From contig NC_058131.1 of assembly GCF_016433145.1 (NCBI RefSeq), positions 487,165,942-487,229,941 on the forward strand: a stretch of DNA of 64,000 bases. Reading direction: 5' to 3'. Made by a program: the position numbers and the translations under genes. This document shows positions 37,623 to 51,005 of the stretch, piece by piece; positions within the stretch are counted from its first letter, which is position 1, and each line of letters begins with the position of its first letter. Origin of the DNA: Gracilinanus agilis (taxonomy: Eukaryota). The notes under the pieces are model-generated. The model ran no database searches. It was not told the DNA's origin and saw only the letters and a list, made by a program, of their open reading frames with translations.

Positions 37623-38533
37623 TGTTATGATAGAGGGGAGAGAGAGAGAATCTATGAGGTGAGACAGTCTTATGGTTCTCCCTTTCCTCCAAATATCCCT
37701 GGGAGACTTTGAGGGGGTATCAGCCCCAAACTGGGTGATCTGGATGGTAGTGCCGCCCCACAGGAGTTAGGGATGAGGCTTCCCTAAAAGATGAAGTATT
37801 GGGTACCCCAATCAGATTCTGAATGAAGGCGGGGTTCATGCAAGACTCCCCCAAGGTCAGTCAACTTCACAGCGGATGGTCAGCTTCAAGATGGAGGTAA
37901 CTAGACCAGCTATGGTTCCCCTCCCCCTCATTGTCTCTCAGGTACTCTGGAATGCTATCTGACTAATGAGTGACTTTTATTCATCGCAATTCAGGGATTT
38001 GGGAAAGGGGTAAAGGGCAGAGGGATTTTGGAGGGCCCTCTTCTCTTTTTCTATGGGGTCTCTCTCGGGTGGGAACCTTTGGGGTTCTCACTCCTAAGCA
38101 TCTCCCCCAGCTTCTTCTCCTTTTATTTCTATTTCTATTTTCTATTTCTATCCTTTCCTATAATTGTAAGTTAGACCGGAAAGGATCTCTCAGCAAGGTT
38201 GGGTAATGGGAGAAGGAACCTAAGAGATCACTCCCAAAATGGAGTCCCAAAACTTAGCTCACTCCTTGGTTGAAGTCTTGCTAGGTGAGAAGGGATGGAA
38301 TCTTTGACCAGGGAATCAGAGTTTCAGTGTCCAAAGAAAGATCCTCAGGAAGCCCTTAGGGCTGGATCCAAGCTGAGATGTTCTCCTCCTCTCTCTCTCA
38401 CTCCTCCACTGGAAGTTCCTCCTTCTCCTCCCTCCTCCCAAGAATTTCCCTCAATTCCCTCTGGTCTTAACTGTCAGTAACTGTCACCCATGGCCTTTTT
38501 CTGGCTCTTTTTGTCCCATCCCCCATCCTTACA
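37623..38533 (-). mobile_element. Solo ERV LTR, 911 bp
   Basis: tgttatga...ccttaca termini; minus-strand AATAAA (37976-37981); shares cttaactgtca with the 36583 LTR; TSD not evident. Confidence 0.8.
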
Positions 38534-38917
38534 ATACTTTGCAACTGTACAAATATCAATTGCTATCATTATTAATGTTAATAACTAGTTAATACCAAGA
38601 TAAAATTAAAATAATATCTGACTTTTAATTTCTTTTGTAAATTTTTGTGGTGGGGTAAAAGGAAATAAGTGGATGATGGGAGAAGTATCCAAGATAAAAG
38701 TTTTCTACATTAAAAAAAGTCAACTTTAGCAATAGGGAAAGGAATGTTAAAAAACTGATTCTAAAGAGAAGTAGTTTCTAGAACCATATTTGTATAGAGA
38801 GATTAATTTACACTTCCCAGTAATGGTGAAATGAAATAGAAGAAAAAATGAACCCATGTCTCAGCTTCATGTTTGAGACAACCTTTATGAGTAGATCTAT
38901 AACTTAAAAGCTGTGTA

Positions 38918-39585
38918 CAGACAATTCTCACTTTATGTAAATTCACATTATACAAATTTGATTTTATGTAAAGAATTCTGAAAGAAATCCAAATGAAGAT
39001 TATGAATGAGGATCTGATTGAGTTGCTAGCTGCAAAAATTGCAGATGAAGAAAGGGAAGACTTGGAACCCAAGGTCAAACAAAAAAGGTTTACAATGAAA
39101 CATTTAGTGGAAATGTTTCATCAGTTTTTTTTTTCTTGGATTGAAAAGATGGGTCCAAATACTTCAGGAGTTTTTAAAGTTCAAAGACTAGTTGAGGATA
39201 ATATTGCTTGCTAGCTAGATATAGGAGGAAAAAAAGAGCCACTATCCAAATATATTTTGAATGCTTTATAAAAAAGGTTTCTTAGCCAATGATAAAGATG
39301 AGATTCAGTGGTTAGGGAAAGGGCAACATACTGCATATCTATGTTAACTTTACTGTGCCCTGCTATGCAGGGTTCATCACTAATTTTACAATTCTGTTTA
39401 TCATGGTACAGTATTCAATATATCTGTATTGTAATACATTTTTTCAGTTGTGTAAAGGTATTTTTTTTAGCCTTTGTTATAAAGGCTAAGTGAAGTGGGT
39501 GTTAAGGGTAAATTTGCATTACACAAAAATCCCTTCATGTAAAGGTCTCTCAAACAGTTCACTTCCTTAAAGTAAGAACTCTCAG
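38918..39585 (+). mobile_element. Internally deleted Tigger (pogo-like Tc1/mariner) DNA transposon with a transposase C-terminal remnant
   Basis: TA|cagacaattctcactttatg and cttaaagtaagaactctcag|TA form a 15/20 inverted match with TA TSDs; ORF 38993-39214 (NEDLIEL...KRFTMKHLVE...EKMGPNT) and downstream KKRATIQ resemble the Tigger transposase C-terminus. Confidence 0.82.
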
Positions 39586-39894
39586 TATTTCTCATACCTT
39601 TACTTTCATTTCTTACTCTTTCTTCCAAACAATTAAATGGTGTATACTTTCCTAGATAAAGTAAATGGCTTCTTGTTAGGGAGGTAAAGCTGTAGTGTCT
39701 TTTAGCTGGAAAAGAAGTCTTGAGTTGAATAGCAAAAGACTGACCTTAACCCTATTTGTTTCTGTTCTAGTTATCAATGGCTTTTATGAAGGCATGCATG
39801 CATGCGTGAATGAAGGAATGAATGAATAAGCATTTATTTAGCATTTACCCTGTGTACAAAGCATTCTTCCAAGTCTTGGGGATATAAATAGAAT

Positions 39895-40370
39895 GAGAGG
39901 CAATGGTTTTATCAGATTTGTAGATGATACAAAACTGAATGGAAAACAGATCCATTGGATTTTTTTTAAGTATATAAAATAAATTTTTTTTTAAATTTTT
40001 TATAATATCAAATTTTAACAAACAGAAATTTAATGGTTCATACATTTATTCAGTAATGGTTGTCACCTGTTGAAGGAACAATGGCAGACTGGAATATATC
40101 AGAGTCTTATTAGATGGGAAGAGGATTTGAAATCATATCATGGGAAAATAAGTTGGGAACAAGGTTTTTTAGACTGAAGAAGGGAAGATTCGGGGGGACA
40201 TAGCCACTGTCTCCAAATATTTGAAGGGTTCTCATATAAGAGAGGCCCGTTTATATCCTACTTGGCTTGTTCCCTAGTTGATGGGAAAAGGAGGTCTAGG
40301 AGTTTCAGGAAAATAGATTTGGTTTTGAGAGAAGGGAAAACTACCTAACCATAAGAGCTCTTTAGAATTC
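39895..40370 (+). mobile_element. L3/CR1 fragments, discontinuous
   Basis: atcagatttgtagatgatacaaaactg encodes IRFVDDTKL (CR1 RT FADDTKL); later gccactgtctccaaatatttgaaggg resembles the CR1 C-terminus. Confidence 0.7.
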
Positions 40371-40575
40371 ATTTGTTCTTTAGTTGTTCAAATCACATCT
40401 AGCTCTTTATGACCCATTTGGGGTTCTTAGCAAAGATACTGAAGTGGCTTGTGTTATATTAAAAAGGAGGTACTACTATCTATTAGATGTATATGTAGAT
40501 GGAGTACAGAGAGAGGATGGGATGATACTTCTCCTTTATAACAGTTGCCCAGGCAGGATCCTTTAGGTCAATGTA

Positions 40576-41317
40576 TGTTATCCCTTCAGGACCCACCTGG
40601 GGTTAATTGATATTAATTATTGGGCTCTTCAGCTGGGTAACGTTGATAATCTGACTGCGTGACTCCCTTCCCAAATAAACTTTAAATAATCAATTCAGGA
40701 AGGTACTTTAAACTTTGAATATATTTGGCACAGAAGGATAATGGTATGGGATAGAGGTATTGGGAGATCCTACTTTAAATTGATACTAATAAATCTCTAA
40801 CTGCAGGCAAATGAAGGAATCAAGATGATAGCTTCTCTCTGGTACAGCCTGGCCAGGCTACACCAGAGCAGGCAAACTTCTCTATAGTTTCAGCTTCTTC
40901 TTCAGTAGATCTTAAGCCTAATCAGTTGAGATATACACTCTTTTATCCACCCTCTTCTTCTTCTCCTGCCCACTTCTCGGATCCCTCCTGGGCCCTGGGA
41001 AACCTAGATGACTAAGATGGTGAACTTCCTAATATCTAGGGGCAGTAGAAACAGAGATGGTGGTATGATACAGGTTGATGACAGTACAGGAAACACAGGA
41101 GGAGCTTGCAAGGTTGAGTTTGCAAGTCTCAATTTCCCAAAGACCAGGATCCACTGATCTCCAGCCTCAGGGACAGGTAAAGACCCCAGAACCTCTCCCA
41201 GGGTTCCTAACTGCCCTCTCCTGTGTCCGCATGCCTCTCTGGGAACATTCCGACATCCAACCAATCCATCTGTCAATCACCGAGTGAACTCCAAGCTCCC
41301 AGAGATTCAATATAACA
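40576..41317. mobile_element. LTR-like element, 742 bp, inserted in a MIR-like repeat
   Basis: Perfect terminal inverted hexamer TGTTAT...ATAACA; internal hairpin at 40837-40868; TSD and orientation unresolved. Confidence 0.6.
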
Positions 41318-41645
41318 CTTGTCATTTTCTTCTCCATCTCATTTACAGATGAGGAAATTGAGGCGAACAGGGTTACATGACTTGCCTAGTGCCACACAGC
41401 TAATGTTTGAGGCCAAATTTGAACCTAGGAAGATAGTCTTCCTAAAACCAGATCTAGTACTTTACATATTTTGCTCCAAAAATAAGATGCTTCAAAAATT
41501 GACATAGTGAGTTCCTTATTCTGGCACTTTTCAAGCAGAGTCTTAAATAATAACTCTTTGTTAGAGATGTTGACTTGGCTCTGTCTTTCTCACTACTTTA
41601 GGAAAGACTGTTATCCAGGAATAAAAGGAGTCAGCATCCTTCTTG

Positions 41646-41840
41646 CTCATGCAATGATCTGGGACAATCCTGAAAAACTTATGGTTGGGAATGCTATCTA
41701 CTTCCAGAGAAAGAACTGTTGGAGTCAGATCAAAACATCTTATCTTTCAAATCAGTGTATTTATGGTTTTATTTTGGGTTTTGGTAAGAGTGTGCTCTTA
41801 CAACAATAACCAATATGGAAGTGTGTTTTGCATGATAATA
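41646..41840 (+). mobile_element. L1_Mdo-type 3' UTR internal fragment
   Basis: caatgatctgggacaatcctgaa...ccagagaaagaactgttggagtc...caatatggaagtgtgttttgcatgataata. Confidence 0.8.
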
Positions 41841-42434
41841 TTTTTTTTAAATCCTTCTTGTTCTTCTGTGCTAATTTTAGATGTTTGTGCTACTGATATT
41901 ACTTAAGCTATTCTCTTCAAAGTTTAAGGCATCTGATTATATAAGTCTTTCTTGGTTCTAGCCATTATTATTTTCTTGCCTTCATAATATTCTTTTTTCT
42001 GATTATTTATGCACAAAAATGATTCCACCACTCTTCCATTCCAAGCCTTCCTTAAATCTCATTTTAGTTTCAATATTGATTCAATATCCCTTAGACATTT
42101 ATTAACTACCCATTAAGGTGATCACTTATTGTCACTCAATTATTCTATCACAAGAACTCAAATTCTAAATTCTTTCCGACCTCAGTCTGTGGCATTTCTA
42201 CTTTTGCTACTTTTTTCCTAAATTTATTTTTTTCCCCAAAATCTGTTTTTCAATCTTTTGTAACCGTTGGTCACTCATTTATTCTCTATTTCCTTAATTC
42301 ATCAATCCTATTCTTGTCTCATTTCACTCCCTACTACTCATTCTTTGCCCAATCATTTCATCTATATTACCTACTAGATTTCTCTCTGTATGTCTTCCTA
42401 GGACTTTAAACTTATTCTACCCTGAAGGTAGTAT

Positions 42435-42828
42435 TGTTATAGGGGTGCAAATGGTGACCCCTGGGTTCGGGAAGGAAACCTTTCTCAAAAATAAGAGGAC
42501 TCCAAACTTAGCTTAAAAGTAAAAAGAAAGATTTATTAGCAAGATAGGATTAATGGCCAGCAAGAAAGCATGAGTGGAGTAACTATTGGGGGTTGCTCCC
42601 CAGATGCCCGAGTTCAGGGGTTTTTGTATCCTTTACAAGAGTGTGGACATGACTTCTTGCACTTAGGTATTCTGTGGAGTGAGGAGTCTGTCTGGGATCC
42701 TCAGGGCTTAGGCTATCACAAGGACAGGTAGGGGGAAGGGAATTTCCCTGTTAAGTTATTTACCCTATAAATAACCCCTGAGTTAAGGGGTATAGGGTCC
42801 CTGCCATCTCTGCACAATGCCCATGTCA
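42435..42828 (-). mobile_element. Solo ERV LTR, 394 bp, with a 4-bp TSD, inserted in a MIR head
   Basis: tgttat...atgtca termini; TSD gtat at 42431-42434 and 42829-42832; minus-strand AATAAA at 42532-42537. Confidence 0.88.
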
Positions 42829-44119
42829 GTATAGTAGATGTGTTCTGGGTTTAGAATCAGGATAATCTGAGTTTAAATACTTTTTCTGGCACAAACTAGC
42901 TCTATGGCCCTAAAATGGGCATGCTACTGAATTTGTTTTTATTTTTTAAAATAAAAACTCTTACCTTCCATCTTAGAATCAATGCTGTGTATAAGTTCTA
43001 AGGCAGAAGAATGGTAAGGGTTAGGCGAATCTGAGGTCAAATTCAAACTCAGGGCCTCCCATTTCTAGGCCTGCTTCTCAATCCACTGAACAATCTAGTT
43101 GACCTCTGAATTTATTCCTCACCTCAATATCATCATCTAAAATATTAGGGAAGTGTACCCAATGGCCTCAAAGATCCCTTCTAGCTCTGTATTTATGATT
43201 CTACTATATAAATTAAATTATTTCTCCCTAAAATCTGCCTTTTTATCACCATCTTCATTGGCAATGAAACTTAAACCTGATTAACTTTGACTCTTCCCTT
43301 TCCCTCTTATCTTCATCCAGTCAGTTGCCAAGTTGAGTTAATTCTGTCACTGTAACGGGGCTTATACCCATTCCTTCTAACTCCCTTTGCAACCATCCTG
43401 TTTCAGGTCCCCATCACCAGGACCATTATAATATCCTGGTTTCCACGATTCTCATTTATTCCATCTTTTATTTATCTTCCAGTCTGGCTAGAGTTTTCTT
43501 TGTAATATACCATTCTGACACTAGACCATCCTCATTAAATATAATCAGCAAACATTTATTAAGGCCTTACTACATCCAGGAACTGAATTAAGTGATGATG
43601 ATGATAATAATTATTATTATTGTTAATTATTATTATTATTATTATTAGATGATGATGATAGTTATGTTTATATAGAACCTACTCTGTGCTAGGGCACTAA
43701 ATGCTTTACAAAATATCACATTTGATCCTCACAACAACCCAGTGAGGTAGGATACTATTATTATTCTCATTTTATAGTTGAGGAAACTGAGACAAAAGAA
43801 AAGTTAATAAGTGTATATGGCTTGATTTGAATTTAGGTCATCCTGATTCTAAGCCCAGCACTCTATCTACTGCTATAAGTAAAAAGAAAAATAATTTTGG
43901 CCTCTAAGGAGCTAATACTCTAATAGGAGAAGACAACACTTAAACTAAAACTGTTAAAAAAAAAGGGGGGGGAGAAGAAAATGGAAGGACTTTGCTTTGG
44001 GCAATGCTAGAGAAAGAAGGCTAGAAAGTCAGGAACAGAATGTAGAGAAGAATAAAGGAGTGAACATGACTATCTTGGGAGCTTTCCTTAAAAATGAAGG
44101 TTCTCCCCAGTTGAATTGC

Positions 44120-44220
44120 TCATTGGCTATGAGAGTGAGAGGGAGGAGGAGAGGGAAAGAACATAAATCATGTAACCATGGGAAAAAATTCTTAATTAAT
44201 TAATTAAAAACTTAAAAAAA
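44120..44220 (+). mobile_element. Short L1_Mdo-type 3' end
   Basis: ggctatgagagtgagagggaggaggagagggaaagaacataaatcatgtaaccatgggaaaaaattc...A-rich tail. Confidence 0.8.
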
Positions 44221-46739
44221 ATGTTCTCCAAGGAACTAGCCAGCCAGAAGATGGAATTGTAGGGGAACAGTGATCTTTCAGCATGAGAAAGCTGCTGGAT
44301 ACAGTGATCTTCCAGAGTAAGAAGGCTCGTTGGTCACAAAATGATTCTAAATTCTGGAGCAAGTTAATAGATGGACACACTGGCAAAAAATACTGTTAAT
44401 GGTTTATATAAAAGTTATCACTGATGATCATAGTGTTTGTGATGTTAATGACACTGTGTTTGTAAGGGAAAAGATATCTCCAGGGTTCCTAAGACTGATG
44501 GTTTAGACTTTCCCAGCTGAAAGGACCCTTAGGTAAGTGTTCCCACACTGTTACTTATTCTATTAGCCTTTCCTGGAAACTAACACACTTTCAGCACAGC
44601 ACTGTTACTTATGCAGTAAAGGTTAAACTCTTTATCACTAACATTTGAGGGCTTCCAGAATTTGGTTTCAGCATTACCTTTCTAAACTTATCTCATTCTA
44701 CTTCCATTCATGTACTCTATGGCCCAGTCAAGCTGGACTGTTAACTGTCTTCCATTTTCCTCCTATTTTATCCAGCTCCTACGCATCCTACATTACCTGC
44801 AATCCCCTTAAATGGAATCCATCCCTATTTCCAATTCAGGTGCCCCTTTTTCAATAAAAGCAAGGATTTGCTGATTCTCCTCAACTGAAAGTAGCCCTTG
44901 TTTTCCTTTGGTTTCTCATAACATTTTACCTTGACCTCTTCTTTGTCTTTACCACATTCTGCTTTCCATCTAAGTTATTTGCATATATGTCTTATCTTCT
45001 CAACTAGGTTGAAAACACTTTAGGGTCAGAATGTGTGATTCATTTTATTTAGGTATTTCCATCAACCTAGCAAGGTGTCTTACTCTTAGCATGATGCCTG
45101 ATGAATGAATGAACAAATCATGTATTTTAACAGTTCTGCCACAGATTGACTGGGTCCTTTTGTTTCAAATATCTTCTTGTGTCTCAGTTTCCTTAGCTGA
45201 AGACCACAGAACAACAGAGATTTAGACTGGGAAGAATTGTTATACCGAGCAATGAAATTATCCCCATAGCATCCCTGATAAATTGGTGATCATAGCTTAA
45301 TCCAATGCTTAATAATGGGGAGTGGATGGACTTTTAACACAATCTCTTCAATTTTTAGAAAATTACCTATTAAGACATACTTATGTTGAGCCAAAATCTT
45401 CCTTCCTATAAAATCCATCCACTGGTTCCAGTGCTTCTGAAGTCACACGTAGTAAGTCTAACTTCTGTGCATATGCCATCCTTTTGGATATTTGAAGGTA
45501 ATTGTAACGTTCCCTTAGTCTTCCATTATTCAAGCTAGGTATTCCTAGTTCCATCAACTACTCTTCACTCACCATGACTTGTGGTTCTTCACCAGTGAAA
45601 ATTAAAGAAAGCAATTGTGACTCACGGTGCAAATGCCAAATCTTATATAGGGGATCTCTGAACCACATTTTCTTTTTTCAGTAGGGATATGTGGCAGCTG
45701 CTGGATCATTGGTAGCTTGACCTTATCCTGATGTGTGAGTGTGTGTGACATGCTGGCATATGGTTAGTGAAGCAAGAAGGGGAGGTGATTTGTGCAATCT
45801 TGACAGGCAAAACAGGTATTTTTAGCTTTTTCTCTGGCATTCACTCACCATAGAAATGTGGGTCAGTTATTTTCTAAAGCTAGCTGCCCATATTGATAAT
45901 AGTAGAGCAAAGCCGAAAGGAGCTTTTCTTTCCTCCTCCACATAAGTTCATGTTTTCCCCCTTCCAAATGTCTTTTTGTTCATTTTTCCTTTTCACTACA
46001 ATCACCATAATTAAAGCAAGTATTCAGAAATATGGGCAGCTTATTCCAAACAGATGGCATGTGGGTGAGTAGTCTGGGTAAGAAGGAAGAAGGCACTCCT
46101 TCAGAAAAGGGGAAGTAGGAAATCTACCCAAATTCAGCCTCCACTGCATGGGAAACCACCAGTGAAGTGGTAGACTTTCCCGATGGTTAAAAGACCCTGC
46201 TAAGGGAGAGTGCTGTACTTTTAAAGTCTATTAGGTTTAATTAACAATGATAAGCTCTATTGATTAGTGCTACAACATATGGAATATGAATTTGTAAAGG
46301 AAGAAAAGGGAAGCTTTTTTTTTTTAATCAATGTTACTTTTCTTTTCACTCTGAGCAAAGGCATCCAAGATATACTGATAGAAAAGATGATAGATAGATA
46401 AAGGAAGGTTGATATAGATCTAGAGGTCAAAGGAAACTCAAAGGATTTCTAGTCTAACTCCTTTATTTTCCATTTTAGGAAACTGGAGCTCAGAATGTGA
46501 GATTTGATGGAGGTTCTGTAACTCCATAAGCCAGTGTTCCCTTCCTTATACCACACTATCTCTCCACTTTCCACATCAGTACCCAGATATTTCCAACTTA
46601 TATCCAAAAGCAAATAGCTATATATTTTCAGTAATTTAAGTAAGATGTTAAAAACATTGGAAAAAATTTCAGCATTGTTTTATTTACCAGAATACTCAAA
46701 GAACTCTATAGATTAAAAATAAATATTTAAAAATTTTAT

Positions 46740-47190
46740 ATTTTAAACTGTATTTTATTTTTGCCTAACTACATGTAAAAATAATGTTTAATGGCCATTT
46801 TTTTTCTCCTTCCCTCCTCCCCAAGAAGGCTGGTTATATTATTTAGGTTGTACATATATTATCATATAAATACATATTTCTCTTTTTGTCATGTTGTGAA
46901 ACAAGACACATACTGATTATACTAGAGAATAATTCATAGAAGAAATTAAGGGGAAAATTGTATATTTCAATTTGCATTCACACTCTTTTCCTTTCCCATC
47001 ATGAGTTCCTTGGAATTGTTCGAGATCCTTGCCTTATTGATAATAATCAATTCATTCACAGTTGGTCATTATATATTGTTATTGTTATTGCCTACATTTT
47101 CCTGGTTCTGCTCACTTCACTTTTATCACTTCATATAAGTCTTTCCAGGTTTTTTTTGTGATTATCCTTTTTGTCATTTCTTATGGCATA
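46740..47190 (-). mobile_element. L1 3' fragment whose truncation point abuts a perfect palindrome
   Basis: Reverse L1 3' UTR motifs ending ...ttgtcatttcttatggcata. Confidence 0.82.
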
Positions 47191-47252
47191 ATCTAAAGGG
47201 AAATATAATTCTAATGGTTCTAACCATTAGAATTATATTTCCCTTTAGATTA
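47189..47252. repeat. Perfect inverted repeat: 31-bp arms with a 2-nt spacer (CT)
   Basis: taatctaaagggaaatataattctaatggtt-ct-aaccattagaattatatttccctttagatta checked base by base. Confidence 0.97.
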
Positions 47253-50200
47253 ATGCATTTATTTAAAAAAATTACATACAAGTCACTGTTCTAGGCTGTT
47301 TGGGAATCTCTCAATGAAGAGATAGAAACTTTTCCTTCCCAAATATCTAATTCCCCTTCACTAGATGATTCAAATGAGTGTTAGATAAGGAAGAAATCAG
47401 ATCAGTGGTTCCTTTGCTGAATAGAAAAGGTTGAATTAGCAGATAAGAAGAGTATGATTATAATGGGAAAACCCCTGTCAGAGATCCCCTAGAAATCATT
47501 TGCCTTGTGAAGATTGCTTTGATTTGAGAGGGTTGAATAGTGTCATATCCTTTTAGGATCTGCCTAGCCCTAAATTGAATAATTGGGGGCGCTAAATATT
47601 CTGCTGATGTCTTGGTCACAAAAGAGATGTTTATTGAATAGATAATATTCATTCAACCATGTTAAGATGACAATAAATAGGCTTTAAAAGAAGAATTTAA
47701 AAGGAACAGATAATTTTATAGTTATTAAAATGCATTACTTTATTCAACAATTATATATCAAGCATCTATTTATTCCTTGAATTATTCTAGACTCTTTCTG
47801 GGCCTTTCGTATTCTTTTTCTTGACTGGGTCTAGTCAACATTAAAAAAACAGGGACATGTAAAATGAAAAAAGGAAACAGTTGACCACTGAAAAATCCTA
47901 CAGCTTTGTTTTCTTTTAAAGCAGTAATTCAAATGTGAACTGTAATATCTAGGTCAGTATAATATTGTTCCTTTGCACATGTCCCTTGGGATATCCCTCC
48001 TCTATTTAGACTGTTATTTTATTTGCGTAAGAAAAACTGCTTATGATCCAGAGGAGCAGTATATGTATTAAGTGCAGCCTAAATAACTCCTGACTCTTGA
48101 ATATTGTTTTGTTTAGGAATGAATAAAGTCATGATGTAGATGATTAAAGGTTAAAAAAAGAAAACAAACAAAGCAAAAAAAAAAAACAAAATAGTTGAGG
48201 TATCCTACCTATGCGTCATTAAATCAAATATGGCTTTCAGAACCAAGGGCATCTACAATACCTAGTAACTCCTATTCTTTCTAATTCTTCAGCTATTAGT
48301 TCACTAATCAGTAATTCAAGATAAATTGATAAGAAATTACATTTATTAAGTGCTAAATCAAGTTCAGAAGTTGTTGAATTAGCTACAGATGGTTCCATGA
48401 CCTTCCAGGGGCAATAGTTAAAACTCTACAAGTTGAACACCAGCCCCATGGATGCCCATACTTAATGATTTTGCCCTTAACTTTCTATAGAACAAGTATA
48501 TTTGGGATAGGACAACCAATATTTATTGCCCTTATCAGGGAACTATGTTTAGAATGCCTAGGAACTGCCAAGCTATCTCTTTCAAAAAAGACTATGCTGC
48601 AACACAATGGGATGCAGATGTCTCTCCTCTCTGTAACCAATTATATCATGCCTTTCAGGTAGAAAGTTTTACTTCTTGTCCAGAATGTATTTATTTGTGT
48701 GTTTGTTTAATTTGATATATTTTATTTGATAGGTATTGCTGGGCAATGATAAAACACTAAGAGTCAGACTCCTTATCATTGGTAAATTACAAGAATTCTT
48801 CAATCTGTGTACTCCTTGTAAGAAAACAAATAGGACCTAATATATACCTTTCCAAGTGAGTTGTGCTGACCACCTTAGAATGTGCTCCCCAGATGCCATA
48901 GTCTTACAGTGAACAATACCTCTTTTTGCCCCAGCAATTTATGCTTCATAGATATTTAAATTTTGGAGGAGGAAATAAACAAATGGCCAGCTCTATGGTC
49001 ATCCTAACATAATCCACTGGAGCTGTGGGTTAAAGAAAAAAATTGAACTAGTCAATATAGCCACTGCTATTTCTCTTTAGTGTATTTTAGAAGAACATTC
49101 ATTTTTAATGTTAATGTACCTTTTGACTGGAGTATTTATGATTAGACAAAGAACCTCATGGCTGTTGTAAAGGGTTTTTGGCTATTAACAGTGTATTGAG
49201 ACATCTTCAGAGGAAACTTCACTAACAAATATCATAGTTTCATAGCTAAAAGAGAGATCTCAGAGAGGATCTACTCCAGTGACCTCACAGGTGAGAAAAC
49301 AGAGGTCTAGGAGAGATTAAATGACTTGCCATATGCATGTTATCTCCCTCAATAGCATGTAAACTCCTTGAAGGCAGGAACTGCTACACTTTGGTCTTTG
49401 TATTTTCAGAACCTATAGTGGATACCTAATTAATGCTGCTTCTTGATTGCCAAAAGTCATGTAGGTACTATGAATATAGCATTATAGATTTAGAGGTAGA
49501 TGGAGGTTAGAGTCCATCTATTCTGTATTACAGAAGAGGAATTTGAGGTTCAGAGATATTAAATGATCTGTCTAAAGTTATGCAGATGATATATATCAGA
49601 GTCAATATTTTGACTCCAGTACTTTGGACCTAGAGTTAATATTTTACCCCTGTACGATGACCCCTTTCATGGTCTCCTACTGTCAATTACTGGAAATTCT
49701 ATTTTTAAAATAACTATACACATGCAAACAGATGTGTGTTATATAGCTATTATATGTATGTATATTATATATCTAATATATATGTACATATATACAAATG
49801 CCCAAAGCTAGAACATATTAAATTTTATGAGATTTCACTACATAGTCTCATTTACATCGTATTTAAAGAGCTTGGTGCCTATATCAGAGGATTACTGGCT
49901 GGTGCTCATTTTGGATCTTAATGTAGTTCTGAATGAAAACAATCCAACGCATCACTTGAATTTCCATTATGAACAACAAAGGATTTTCCCTCACAACTGA
50001 CATGCTAGCACAAAACAGCTCAATGAGATAGTGAACTGAATCAATGTTTGGGTGCCGGAGTGAAAAGAATGGACATTAATTCAGATGGTGACAAAGGGGT
50101 TTTCATGGGCAAGATTTTTGAATTCCAGAACTAAATGGATGATCCACTGGGAGGCAATGTCCAGACAGATCAATATTGCACAAAAAGATAATTGCTTTCC

Positions 50201-51005
50201 TTAGTGAATCCTAAGAAAGGGCTAGGACTTTAGGGAAATGAAGATTTCTTCCTTTCTTTTTTTTCCCCCTTCACAAAAGGTAATTAATGTGTACAATAGG
50301 TGACTCAAGGCAAGAGACTATAAGCTGAAAGCATAAATGCAATGCTTTCATAAAGGATTTAAGGTCTTTAAAAAGTTCACTGCCTATAGTTCTTGATCTT
50401 TCTTTGCCCAAAGTGGTACACCATCCGTAGCTAGATCTGACTTTCTGGAATGCCTGGGTATGAGGACACGTCTATCATTAGCCTCAGCATTCTTGTAACA
50501 TGCCCACCCAAGCCAAATGCATTTGCCACAGGAAGACAAGAATTCCTTATTTTAGTCTTAGAAACAGGCATAGCATAATGAAGTCAACATAGTTCAGGTA
50601 TTAAAGTTATAATGCAGATATTTTAAACAAATGATAATTATAATAATTTAGTGCTTTAAGGTTTACAGAGCACTCCATAAATATTATAAAGTTTTGTCCT
50701 CACTACAAGAAGTTAGGTGCTATTATTAGCTCCATTTTTAAGATGAAGAAAGTGAGGAAGATAGAGTTTTAGTAAATTGCTCAAAGTCACACAGGTAGTA
50801 TCTAAAGTCAGATGTGAGTTCAAGTCTGCCTGACTCCATACTTAACACTTTATCTGCTTCATCATAATAGCTAATATTCTATAATTTTAAAGATGAAAGG
50901 AACAAATAAACTCCTCAAGGGATTAAAAAAAGGCCAAAGACATTTTGTATTTTCCTCTGGTCTATAGTTTTTAGTAACCAATGACACTAAAAAAACAAAC
51001 TAAGT

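Noticed and set aside
39791-39830. Three tandem GCATG (Rbfox-like) motifs
   Set aside because: They are part of a decayed (TGAA)n-type L2 tail and lie ~34 kb from the only exon in view, so there is no positional support.
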